Shown: positions 12,085-24,720 of the stretch, piece after piece
Position numbering within the stretch: the stretch's first letter is position 1
Layout of the letters: every line of letters begins with the position of its first letter
NCBI GenBank assembly: GCA_044892525.1
Contig: CM097885.1
Span: 1,178,001 to 1,242,000 of the forward strand
DNA: 64,000 bases
Source: Schmidtea polychroa
Lineage: Eukaryota
Reading direction: 5' to 3'
Notes under the pieces: model-generated
Database searches by the model: none
The model's input: the letters and a program-made list of their open reading frames with translations, nothing else
Told to the model about the DNA's origin: nothing
Translations under genes and position numbers: made by a program

Positions 12085-12582
12085 AACAGTTTATACGGTA
12101 AAACTGTGGAAAACTTGAAAAAAACGTATAAATTTGAGATTTTGCAACAAAAGCAAAAGATTGATAACTTATTGTAGTCATCCTATGTTTCGTCGTAGCA
12201 TCAAGATTGCGGATGATCTCATTGCTGTTATACTCAATAAGGAATATGTGTGCTTAGATAGACCAATGTATATTGGACAAACCATACTTGATTTATCTAA
12301 ACTTCGCATGTACCATTTTCAATATAAAGAACTACAGAGTTATAGAGAAAATTCAATTGTCAAATTAATATTGTAGCCGGTGACACAGATTCCTTCTTTC
12401 TAGAGTGTAAAAATGTAGATTTACGCTTACAACTGTATCCAAAAATGATTGAAGATGGGCTCTTAGATACTTCAAATTATCCAGTGACCGATCCGTTGTT
12501 CTTTGATGAAATTTGTTCTGTAATCGGGAAAGTTAAGGATGAGAATAAAGGAAATCAATATAAAGAATGGGTGTTTCTTTGA
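12085..12582 (+). pseudogene. polB: pPolB fragment (motifs B-C), subfamily B
   Basis: NSLYGKTVENLKK, CLDRPMYIGQ, AGDTDSFF, GKVKDENKG. Confidence 0.9.
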
Positions 12583-14818
12583 CCCATCAGTTAAATTTTA
12601 AATAAAAATTAATTTTTTTTTAATGACTGTTAGGTTAATAATTAAGTAATTGGTTTAATTTTAGAAGACTTTGAAATGCATTTGACTAAATAATTTTTTT
12701 CAATAATTTTCTAAGAATATTAACACATTGATGAACTTTTTTAAAAAAACATAAGGTAAGAAACCAGTTAACCTTATCAAGAACTTTAAATTTACTTGAT
12801 AATTTACGGAAATAATATACAAAATTTAATTTACAGAAATAATTTACAAAATAATAATACAGAAATTTATGATTAAGTTTGCTTTTATGAACAATCAATA
12901 TATATCATCTCTAGTTAGGTATTTGATAGGTGAAATATTTGTAGTAAATAATAAGTTTATTATGTCTTTGTTACATAACTCGACTTTAGCGTCAAAATAT
13001 GTTTTTAAAATAAATTTTAATTTTAAAATACCGCAATGTAATATATTAATTTTTTCCTACCCTTCCTTGATTTTGATTGGTTAGAATTTGTTCCTATAAA
13101 CAATAATAATCTATAAACAATAATAATCTATAAACAATAATCAATCATTAGTCACATTTAACAAATAATTAACCTTTAAAAATGAATTCTTTAATAGAAA
13201 ACGTTATGAATGTTCGAGAAAAAATTCAGGAATTTGGTAAAATTTAATTTATTTATTAATTAATTTATTAATTAATTTAGATAATATTAATGAAGACAAT
13301 TTAAAATCGAAGATTAAAGGAAATTTGAAAAGAAAAAGTAAACATAATTTTTAATTTATTAATTTAATTAATTAATAATTTAGGTAATACGAATAAAGAG
13401 AAAAAATATGTCAATGTGTCAATAAATCGAAATGAAAATTTACAATGTAAGTTTTGATTACATTTTATAATTTAAAGGAAATTTAATATAATTTTTTATT
13501 TAAGTAAATGTTAATATTTTTAATTTAGTAAATTTTTATTTTTTAGTAAATAAAATTTGTAAAATAATAATAATTTGCAAATTTTTGCGTAAACATTTAT
13601 TAAAATCTTTCATTTAAATTATATATTTTTAATAAATTTTTATTTTATAGGTATACTTTATCCAAATTATTGTTCATCGAAAAAACATGATAATAATTGC
13701 CATTCTATAATGGAGAATTACTACACGAAAAAATATTATAATAAAACTTATTTTATATGTCCCGTATGTAAGACTAGTGACCCTGTAACATATAGCGTTT
13801 TTTATAATAAACATAAAAATCATTTAGATAGGTTTAATTTAAAAAAAGATAGTGTTTTTAAAAGACCCTCAACTATAGAAAAAAATAATACAAATAAAAA
13901 AATTAAATTAGATACTTCTTCTTTTGAATCCCAGGTCGGATTAGAGGTTGAATCCCAGGCTGGATTGTCTTTTGTTGAATCCAATGATGGATTGGTTGTT
14001 GAATCCCAGGACGGATTGTCTTTTGTTGAATGCCACGTCGGATTGGTTGTTGAATCCAATGATGAATTATTCACTTCCTTTGATTCTTGGGATGGATTTA
14101 ATATAATACAAATAGGTGGAAATGTATCGACAGTATAAAAAGATTTAAGAGGTACCCATCAAATATTAAGCTTAAATACAGCGACTTAAATATAAAAGAA
14201 GTAATATTTCCTGAACAACTAATAATAAAATTACGAGATATTATTAACGAATAAGGCTCCGTCAAAATTCAATTCGGAATAATAATCGAATTTGAAAAAG
14301 ACTGGGAAATAAAGGTTAATAATATCTCAAATTATGCAAAGCCTTTAACTGCATCATTTTTTGATCAAGGCATTAAGGAACTAAATGAGAAAATTACTAA
14401 TATTACTGAGTTAGGAAGCAGTTGGAATATAAAAAATATTACTGAAATACATTTCACCATAACAAAAATAAGTAGGTTAAGTTGATTAAGTGGTAGGAGT
14501 TTCATTGAAACACCTACTTATCTAAAAAATAAATATTGTTTAATTAATATAAAAAACACTGATGATTCATGTTTTTTATATAGCATTTTAGCTATTTTAA
14601 AATATGATGAAGTTAGTAGTTATGCTAGAAATAGGACATCGAGTTATAATTTATCTGACTTAGTATACGACCCGTTAGAATTACCTATGAAATTAAAAGA
14701 CATTAGGAAATTTGAATCTAAAAATTCGGGTTTAATAATTAATGTTTTTTCATATGATAATAGCAAACAATTAACTGATAATTATGTATTAAAACATTCA
14801 CATTTAGATATTATACAT

Positions 14819-17114
14819 CAGGGGTGCCCACTAATTTTTCTAGGAGTGCTACATTCACATCCAAAATGTGTATGCGATCTACTTTTTTAATACTTACATA
14901 ATATTTACCTACAATGCAATAAATTCATCACAATAGAACAAATATATGTCAAAATATGGAAAATTAAACTATGTAACTATTTATTATAAAAAAATGTAAC
15001 TTAGGAAATCAAATTTAATGAAAATTATTGTTATATAGAACTTTTCGATGTTGATGCTCTACATTGGGTTGAATCCACTAGATTTTTGTAGTTTGGGATA
15101 TAAGTGCTAAGACAACTTCTTAGGCTGGATTCCAAATGGTCATCTGTTAATGTTGCTCGGTACTTTGACTTAATAATTTTCATATGTGAAAATGCAGACT
15201 CACATAAATAAGTTGAACCAAAAAGAAGATACTAAATTTTCGAAGCATTTTTTCAAGTTTGAATATTTATCCTCTGATAGATATTTCCATACATTTGGTT
15301 CGGAAGATCTTGATTTAATGAAGATATCATTTTGAAGTGTGATTATTTCCATTTCAAGTATAGGGATATCCATTTTAAACAAAGTTGAAATTGAATCTGC
15401 AACAATTTCTGGCTTTATTTTTGGATTAAACGGAAAGGACATAAATGCAGCCACAATTTCAAGTTTCTTGAAGTCTTGAAAACGTCTCTCGAACTCTAAA
15501 ACCAAAATTTTGATCTGTTCGGCATATCTCGTAATATTAAAGTTGACATTTTCAGATTCTTTTAATTGTGACAACATATTTGGAAAATAACTTAAATTTT
15601 TGTCTTTTAATTTTGGTAATAAGTAAATGAAGCTTTTGTATAAATGCAATGATTGAACTTATCATATCGAATATCAATTTATCCTTACGATGTAAGTCGA
15701 GATTTAATTCATTCAGAATTGCAGTAATATCTACTAAAAATGCCAAATCCAAGAGCGAAACATCATCTTCCAATTGCTTGAACTCATCACCTCTTGGGGC
15801 AAGGAACAACTTAATCTCAGAAAGCAAATCTCTAAATCTTTGTAAGAATTTTCCTCTACTTAGCCACCTTACATCTGAATGCATCAGTAATTCAGCAGGA
15901 CCTTCGCTATTACTTTCTTCAATTTGTAATTTGAAAAGTCGTCTCTGAAGACTTCTTGCACGAATCGAGTTAGCAATTTTGAATGTTATTTCCATAATAT
16001 CTCTCATATTCAGAATTTTAGCACACAAGGCTTGTTGATGAATAATACAGTTGTAGGAAAGAAAATCTGGGAATTCACAATCATTCCTACAATATGCTAT
16101 AAATCCGTTGTGACGCCCTGTCATAGCTGGTGCGCCATCTGTTGTTATTGATACAAGCTTACAAATTTGGAGCTGAATGCTGTTGGCATAAGCTTTAAAA
16201 TTCTGAAATATATCTTCACCTCGAGTTTTACTTTTGAGTGGTATAATTGTTAATAATTCTTCCTTCGTAGAAAAATCTTTAAAGACCATTCGAATAAAAA
16301 TTATAAGCTGCGAAATATCAGCCGCATTAGTTGATTCGTCTGCTTGCAATGAAAATGCAGTACAATTTCCTATGTCTAACATTAACTGATATTTTAAATT
16401 GGTACTTATTTCTTGGACTCTCCGTGTAACTGTATTACGGGACAATTGAATATCAGTAATAGCAGAAATTATATCTGATTTATTTTTAAAATCACAAAAT
16501 AATGATTCTGCCGCTTCTAAAAATGCTTCTTTTACAATTACTCCATCACTAAAAGATTTCTTATTTTTTGCCAGAATGTAGCTTACTCGGAAAGATGCAG
16601 CTGTAGCTGACTTTGATTTGGATGCTAGCTTCGTAAAAAATGACTGTTGAAAAAAAATGCATGTTTTCAGTTCCATGATTTTAGACTTGCGTAGTTCACT
16701 GTCAAGTGGATAATCAACTGCAAAATTCTTATGAATTGTCTTGAAATGCCTTTCCAAATTCCATCTTTTTGGTAATGAAATAGTAGCTTTACAAATTAAC
16801 CAACAACATTTACCTTTAATCATTACAAAAAAGTACTCCTTCTCCATTTCTTCGCTATAATGATAAGTCTTGGCTTTTCTATTTAGCATTTTTTATTTAG
16901 CATTTTTTATTTAGCATTTTTAAACAAAATTAATTTAACAAAAAAGCTTAAGAAAATTTTTCACTTTGTTACACAAAAATTTAAGCATAAAACAGAAATT
17001 TTATATAAAATCTAAATTTATATAAAAAATATTTAAAAAATATTTATGAAGATCTACTAAAAAATCCTTCGCGATCTACCGGATAGATCGCGATCGAACT
17101 TATGGGCACCCCTG
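14819..17114 (-). mobile_element. hAT-superfamily DNA transposon (Buster/SPIN/Charlie, GTF2IRD2-like) with both ends intact
   Basis: 12-bp TIR CAGGGGTGCCCA (14819-14830; inverted at 17103-17114); 8-bp TSD TTATACAT (14811-14818 and 17115-17122); subterminal GATCTAC motifs. Confidence 0.97.
15031..16889 (-). pseudogene. hAT transposase with two frameshifts
   Basis: BED-like finger (C..C...NLERHFKTIH), FSLQADESTN, SITTDGAPAM, CIIHQQAL, VRWLSRG and C-terminal STYLCESAFSHMKIIKSKYR, spread over ORFs 15552..16889, 15200..15649 and a third frame ending at 15031. Confidence 0.95.
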
Positions 17115-20100
17115 TTATACATCGTTCCTAAGTTTCAAATGGAACTGTAATTAATTTACTACTATTAAATAAAGGAAACAATTTCCATTACGTTGCTATA
17201 AGTAATTTAAATAGGTTACTGAATTGTGGTATCAACACTAGTTGTCCTACACGCATACGTTCATTATGGTGCCATCGGTGTTTGAATGGGTTTAGGTATA
17301 AACACGCACTGGAAAAACATGAAATATTATGTAAACGTAATCAATTAGGAACAACTCTTTACACTTTCCCTCAAAATAAATTATTGCAGTTTACTGACTG
17401 GTCGAAAACAGTAACTCCTCCTTTTGTAGTTGATGCCGATTTTGAGGCTATTTTACCTTCTGATAATGTTCATTTCCAACGACACATGACAATATCTGCT
17501 GGTCTTTTACTTGTAAATAACTTTGACGGATCTAAATCTTATCAACAGTTCATAGGTTTAGATTGCGTCGAGAGTTTTTTAAGTGCTATAGAGGATATAG
17601 CATTAAATAAGTTTCTTCCTTTTTATTATAAAATGGGTAGGAAACCTATGATTAAATTAACGAAAATTGAACAACGTCAATTTGTTAGTGCATCTGTTTT
17701 TTATCTTTGTATGAAATCTATCGTTGATCCTGTTAGAGATCACGATCATTTTACGGGGAAATACTTGGGTGCAGCTTGTAGCACATGTAACAAAAATAAG
17801 AAAATAAATAAAATTTTGCCTATCGTATTTCACAACTTGAAGGGATACGATATGCATCATATACTTAAATACGGATTAAATAAATTTAAAAATTGGACTT
17901 TAGGTTGCATCCCAATAACGACTGAAAAATTTATTTCTTTGATTGCGCATTTAGGCAAAAGAATTGATTCTTATCAATTCATTGATTCTTATCAATTTGT
18001 TAATGATTCTTTAGCTAAAGCAGTCAAAACTTTGAATTCTTAGCCTTTTACTAATTCTGTTTTTTCTGGCACTATAGTTTCTGAAAAAGGAATCTTCCCT
18101 TATAATTTCGCTACATCTTTAGATATTCTCCAAACTACTTATGAATTACCACCAATCTGGGAGGGTGTTACTGTGCTTTAGTATGAAAAAGCTCAGGAGA
18201 TTTGGGTAGAAACTATTTGCCTAATTTTATTAGATTATATGATGATCTACTTAAAACTTGATTGTTTTCTTTTGGCTGATTTCTTTCATCAGTTTCGGTT
18301 GAAATCTATTGCTCACAATAGATTGGAACCATTGAATTATTTCGGAATTCCAGGTATGTCTTGGTCTTCTGCATTAATGTCTTTAAATGAACCAATTGAG
18401 CTCATAACTGAAAACGAAATGTTTAGCTTTTATGAGGGTGGAATAAGAGGCGGTATTACTTTTGTGAATAAGCATTACGTAAAAACCGATGAGAACACCG
18501 AGTTACTTTATATAGATATTAATAATCTTTATGGTTGGGCTTTAAGTCAATCATTACCTTGTGGTGAATTTAGTTGGGTTCTTGTTGGATTTGATTTAAT
18601 AATGGATGAAAGTAGGAATTTAAATCTTGATTCTTTGTCTTATGGATACACTCTTGAAGTTGATCTTGTAATTTCTTCTGAGCTAAATGAGAAGTTGGAT
18701 GATTTCCCTGAAGCTGCTGAAATATTGGGCATGTAAGATTAAGTGAATTAAATATTGGAGAAAATGTTGGAGAAATTGTTGGAGAAAATGTTGGAGAAAT
18801 TGTTGGAGATGAATTTGATGAAAATGTTGGAGAAGATTTTGGAGAAGATGATATCGATATCGATGACGTTATTTTGTCTGATGAGGACTAATTTTATTAA
18901 ATAAAAGTTTATATATACATTTGTTATTTTTTTGGTAAATATTTATGTTTTTTATGTGTCTAGTTAATGTTTATATGTTTTGTTATGTGTCTAGTTATTT
19001 TTATGTGTTTAGTTAATTTTTTATGTGTTGTATAGTATTTGGTTGATATATTATTATTATTATTTTTATTATTATTTCATAAACATTTCCATTAAAAATT
19101 ACCATTGAAAAATATTTCATTAAAATTTCTATTAAAAATTATTCATAAAAAGTTATTTCATAAAAACTTTCATTAAAAAATTTCAATTGTTAATAAATTT
19201 AAAAATCTTACTTTAATTTACTTATTTAACTTTAACTTTTTACCATTGATTACTTAATTTTAAAATTTGGACCTTAATTAATTTTAATTTAATTTTTTAG
19301 AACCTTAATTTAGTTATTTGTGCCGATGAGAACACCGAGTTACTTTATATAGATATTAATAATCTTTATGGTTGGGCCTTAAGTCAATCATTACCTTGTG
19401 GTGAATTTAGTTGGGTTCTTGATGGATTTGATTTAATAATGGATGAATGTAGGAATATAATCTTGATTCTTTGTCTTATGGATACACTCTTGAAGTTGAT
19501 CTTGTAATTCCTTCTGAGCTTCATGATAAGTTGGATGATTTCCCTGTAGCAGCTGAAAAAATGAAATCTGCTGGGTCTAAGGTTAAAAAAGTATTATTAA
19601 CTCATCTTCCAAAATCTATTTATGTGATTCATTGGAGATTATTAAAATTATATTTGGAACTTGGTGTTAAAGTAACACGTGTAAATAGGGGTGTAAGATT
19701 TAAGCAATCTCCAATTTTTAAAAAATATATAGATACAAATACAGAATTAAGGTCAAAAAGCATAAATAATTTAGATAAAAATTATTATAAATTGTTAAAT
19801 AACAGTTTATACGGCAAAACAGTTGAAAATTTAAAGAGAAGAATGAATCTTCGTCTTTGTACAACTGCCGGTAAATAAGTAACATATTCTTCAAAGCCGA
19901 CTTTTAAAAAACTATTAAAATAGATGATAATTTAATTGCGGCATTAGTGAATTCAGATTCTATATGTTTAGATAGACCAAGTTACATTGGTCAATCTGTA
20001 CTTGATCTATCTAAACTTAGAATGTATGTATTACAATATATTATATTGAATATAAGGATCTAGAATCATTTTGCAATGAGTTTAATAATAAAATTAATAT

Positions 20101-20752
20101 CGTTGCAGGTGATACAGATTCTTTTTTCCTCGAAGTCATTAACTGTAAACTTGAGGTTCTTTTACCTGCAATGATTCGAGATAATTTATTAGATACTTCC
20201 AATTACAATAGTTGTCATTCCTTATATAGTAAGAACTTTGATTCAGTCATTGGAAAGTTCAAAGACGAGAATAAAGGTCTTAAATATAAGGAATGGGTTT
20301 TTCTTAGACCTAAATGTTATAGCTTGTTGGGTGATGAGGAAACAAAAAAGGCTAAAGGTGTAACATTGAAAGGTAGTGACATAAAACATCAGTCATACCT
20401 GGATTGTTATAACACTAACCAGATTTTTTCGGTTCCTCAGACTAAAATAACAAGCAAAAATCATCAAATTTTTACAATTAAAAATACTAAAATAGCACTA
20501 ACTAACAAAGATGACAAAAGGGTTTGGGTGGGAAAAAATACTAGTCTTGCATATAGGCATGTAAGATTAAGTGAATTAAATATTAGAGAAAATGTTGGAG
20601 AAATTGTTGGAGAAAATGTTGGAGAAATTGTTGGAGATGAATTTGATGAAAATGTTGGAGAAGATGAGGAAGAATTTATTGAAGATGTTGGAGAAGATTT
20701 TGGAGAAGATGATATCGATATCGATGACGTTATTTTGTCTGATGAGGACTAA

Positions 20753-21825
20753 TTTTATTAAATAATAGTTTATATATATACATTTGTTATTTTTTTGGTA
20801 AATATTTATGTTTTTTATGTGTCTAGTTAATGTTTATATGTTTTGTTATGTGTTTAGTTAATTTTTTATGTGTTGTATAGTATTTGGTTGATATATTATT
20901 ATTATTATTTTTATTATTATTTCATAAACATTTCCATTAAAAATTACCATTGAAAAATATTTCATTAAAATTTCTATTAAAAATTATTCATAAAAAGTTA
21001 TTTCATAAAAACTTTCATTAAAAAATTTCAATTGTTAATAAATTTAAAAATCTTACTTTAATTTACTTATTTAACTTTAATTTTTTACCATTGATTACTT
21101 AATTTTAAAATTTGGACCTTAATTAACTTTAATTTAATTTTTTAGAACCTTAATTTAGTTATTTGTGCCCATTCATTACTTTAATTTAAAATTTTGGACC
21201 TTGATTTACTTTATTTTAATTTTTTAGAACCATTATTTACTTTAATTTAAAAATTTGAATCTTACTTTACTTAGTTGAGCCCTTAATTAACTTTAATTTT
21301 AAATTTTGAACCATTATTTACTTTAATTTAAAAATTTGAACCTTAATTTAGTTATTTGAGCCTATTCATTACTTTAATTCAAAAATCTTAGCCCATAATT
21401 TACTTTAATTCAAAAAAATCTGAACCTTGATTTACTTAAATTTAATTTTTTAGACCCATAATTTGCTTTATTTTAAAAATATACTATGCGTTTTTAATGT
21501 AAACCACCTTTTCTATTGAAATTCTCATGACCAAGGAGACCCCCTCACTGTAGTCTGAAAAATCCATGCTTTTTTATTGAAGACTACCTTTTTCTATTGA
21601 AATTCTCAGGACCAAGGAGACCCACCCAAATAATATTTATACTTGGCTTGTTTATTGAAAAAATAATTTTTTGTATTTAAAATCCCAGAAAAAATACATT
21701 GGAGCGTACGGCAACAATTATGTATTCAAAAAATGTCTACGGCAAAAATTATGCAATCAAAAGTTTGCAACATTTTTACCCCCCCCCCCCCCCCTATTTT
21801 TCCCGCGGGCCCCTAACTACCTACT
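20753..21825. repeat. Polinton subfamily A right terminal region, AT-rich subterminal repeats ending in ...CCCCTAACTACCTACT
   Basis: Reverse complement AGTAGGTAGTTAGGGGCCCGC matches AGTAGGTGGTTAGGAGCCCGC at 34479, 38939 and 43419 (19/21); AG/AGT-rich ends are typical of Polintons. Confidence 0.75.
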
Positions 21826-21975
21826 CGCGCATCAGAAAAGATGCAATCCAGCAGAGTATTGTTTTCAAGACAACCATCTACTGGTTTCAATCCCTTCTGT
21901 GCATTCGAATCCCAACGGCAACTACTTACTTTTGCCACTAAGATCTTATTAAGTGTCCTAGTTAACACTGAGTTA
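21826..21975 (-). pseudogene. R2-like reverse transcriptase fragment (motifs 2/2a)
   Basis: Minus-strand translation SVLTRTLNKILVAKVSSCRWDSNAQKGLKPVDGCLENNTLLDCIFSDAR. Confidence 0.85.
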
Positions 21976-22027
21976 ACGGAAAAAAAATAAAAATCACCTG
22001 GATTTTTAGGGGTTTCTACTTTTAGGA

Positions 22028-22548
22028 TTAATGAGGTTCGTGCTGTCTTTTAAGGTCATGAAATATGTCTGGAAATGGGCGTGGGGCTTGTGAGTTCTCC
22101 ATCGCCTGCTCCAGGCCCATCTCCTTCATCCTGTCTTCTAACTCTTTAAAAACTGCTTTATATTTTTTATTATCTAGGTGCTTGCGAATAGATTCCTTTG
22201 AAAGTTCCAACATCCAAGGTGAAGTATTTCTAGAAGGTGAGAGGAAGACTGTAACGATTTTTAAGGTGAAGTGGAGCCATGAAGAGCTCTTCTTCATTAC
22301 TTTAGTAATAAGCAAGATTTTTTGTATAGTTTCCTCAAGATAGTCTCAATACGTAAGGTGCGATGGGCTTTAGATATATGGACTCCACGTCCCCTCAGCG
22401 TTAAGAAAGGTAAAAAGCAATATTCACAGACAAACTACTGTTCCACATCCCTCTCCAGTTTTGTAGTGTTGTTATTTCCTGTCATTTCATATTTATTTTG
22501 TTCGTGGAAGTTCATTCGTGTTGGATATCCTCCAACATGATACCCAAC
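22028..22548 (-). pseudogene. R2-like element 5' fragment (pseudoknot, C2H2 finger, degraded Myb domain)
   Basis: VCEYCFLPFLTLRGRGVHISKAHR and SKESIRKHLDNKKYKAVFKEL; homologous to ~56550-57057. Confidence 0.85.
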
Positions 22549-22989
22549 TGGCCAACAAGTAAAAATAGTAAAAGGGGACCTCACGAATGAAGTGGTGTGG
22601 GGAATAAAGAACAAAATGCGACGAGGGCTAATATATCAATAGTAAACTTTAGTAGTCAAATAAAAAAAATTTAAATTTAAACTTTTAGTTCATAAAACTT
22701 CATATCTTAAAAAAAAACAAAAACAAAAAATATTTTTTAAAACTTTAAAAATTAAAACTGTACTGTCATTCTTGTCATCGCGGGATTGATGACATTTTAT
22801 AAGCATATAATAATAATAGTAATGATAATAATAATAATAATTATAATAATATTAGTAATAATAATAATAATAATATTAGTAATAATAGTATTAATAATAT
22901 TTCAACTAAATACTAGGCAACACACAAAATTTAACTAGAACAAAAGTAAAGATAAAAAATTTATTCAATAATATTCTTCATGATCTGTT

Positions 22990-24720
22990 AATATGACCTC
23001 TTCTATAATCATCGGTTTCTGCATCAATTTCTATTTGTTCATTTTCTCCATCGGTTTCTCCATAATTAACCTTTTATAATCTTACATGTCCATATGCAAA
23101 ACTAGTATTTTTCCCCACCAAAACCGTTTTATCATCTGCATTTGTAAGAGCTATTTTTTTATTTTTTATTGTATATATTTGATGATTTTTTGATGTTATC
23201 CTTAATTGTGGTATTGAAAAAATTTGTTTTGTATTGTAAAAATGTAGATATCACTGATGTTTTAAGTCATTACCTTTCAATGTTACTCCTTTTGCTTTTT
23301 AATTTCATCTTCACCTAACAAACTATAATATTATGGCATAAGAAAACCACATTCTTTATATTTAAGACCTTTATTCATATCTTTGAATTTTCAAATGACA
23401 GAATCAAGGTTCTTACTGTATAAGGGATGATTTGGGTTATAATTTCAAGTGTCTGGAAGGTTATCCCTAATCATCATACATTATTTAATAGTAAATTGTT
23501 CCTATAATAATCAAAACTATTCATAAAATTGTTGTTGCTAAATCTTATTCAAATTTTACTTATAGGTTTCCTACCCATTTTTTAATAATAAATGTAAGGT
23601 TAAATCCTCTACAGCACCTAACAGTATTACAAAATTACAAACTAAAATTTAATAAAACTTTTTAATAAATTTAATAAATTAAAACTTTGATTAGCATGCA
23701 TCCAATCAAAATTTAATAAATGAAAATATTTAATTATCTAAATTTAAAAAATGTCTAATAAAAATAGCACTAATATAAATAGAAAATAGTACATCTGTTA
23801 TTGGAATGACATGTAAACCTCCTGTTCATTACCTTCAATATAATATGTAATATTCGAAATATCCTATTGCTTATTCTTTTAAGGTATTTATTTTTAATTA
23901 TCTCTATTGATTTTTGGTTGGAACAAGTTAATTTAAAAGCCTAATCAAAAGTCTATCAATATTGCAATGTTCAACAATGTCCTTGAATAAATTTACTGTA
24001 TAAGGAATGATTTGGGTCATAATTTGAAGTGTCTAGTAGGTTATCTCTAATCATCACAGGTGAAAGAATATCAAGAGAAAAAATTTTAATTTCCAAGATT
24101 AATAGATATCAATGTCCCCCAGCAACGATATTAATTATATTACAATATATTTTTGTAACTCTTCATGATGCAGCTGATATATTCTAAGTATCGATAGATC
24201 AAGTGCAGATTGTCCAATGTAACTTGGTCTATTTAAACATATAGAATCAGGATTTAACAATGCTGCTATTAAATTATCATCGATTTTTATTGATTTTTAA
24301 ATGTAGGTTTTGATGTACACGAGACTATAAAACTTCTTCCGCTTAACCTACTTATTTAATTATTTCAGTGATAGTGAAATGAATTTCTGTTATTTTATTA
24401 ATTAACAAGCTACTTCCTTGTGATTTTTTAATACTTGTGATTTATACTTGTTATTTGTGAAATTCTTTTTTAGATTTTTTCATTTTTTCATTTTATTCCC
24501 TAATTTCTTCATCGAAAAATGTATCAGTTAAAGGTTTTGCATTATTATACGTAACCTTATTCGTTAATGATATATTAATTTATCTATTAGTGATTCAGGA
24601 AATATTATTTCTTTAATATTTAAGTCACTAGTGTTAATACTTAATATTTGGTGGTAACTCTTAAATCACTTAGAACAATTGGTAAATTTTCTCCTATTTG
24701 TATATTATTTAATAGTAAAT
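22990..24720 (-). pseudogene. polB: Older, degraded pPolB fragments
   Basis: Diverged antisense matches to ALTNADDKTVLVG, KEWVF, CLNRPSYIGQSALDLS and N-terminal KPLT regions, interleaved with AT-rich DNA; ~23500-23960 is partly duplicated at ~24710-25090. Confidence 0.7.

Larger units (their letters stand above)
13182..20752 (+). pseudogene. polB: Polinton/Maverick protein-primed DNA polymerase B (subfamily A); predicted spliced 5' end; interrupted by a hAT element and an internal rearrangement
   Basis: Predicted exons 13182-13236, 13281-13337, 13384-13446 and 13651 onward. Then terminal-protein region (ELGSSWNI, INIKNTDDSCFLYSILA), ExoI (VDADFEA), EndoVII-like VRDHDHFTGKYLGAACSTCN, ExoII (FHNLKGYD), KGIFPY, ExoIII (YLKLDCFLLAD), PolA (DINNLYG), PolB (KLLNNSLYGK), PolC (GDTDS), KAKGV, DDKR and an acidic tail. 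Multiple stops and frameshifts. Confidence 0.92.

Noticed and set aside
17282..20752. Alternative genetic code explaining in-frame stops in pPolB
   Set aside because: Stops differ between paralogous copies and come with frameshifts, which indicates ordinary decay.
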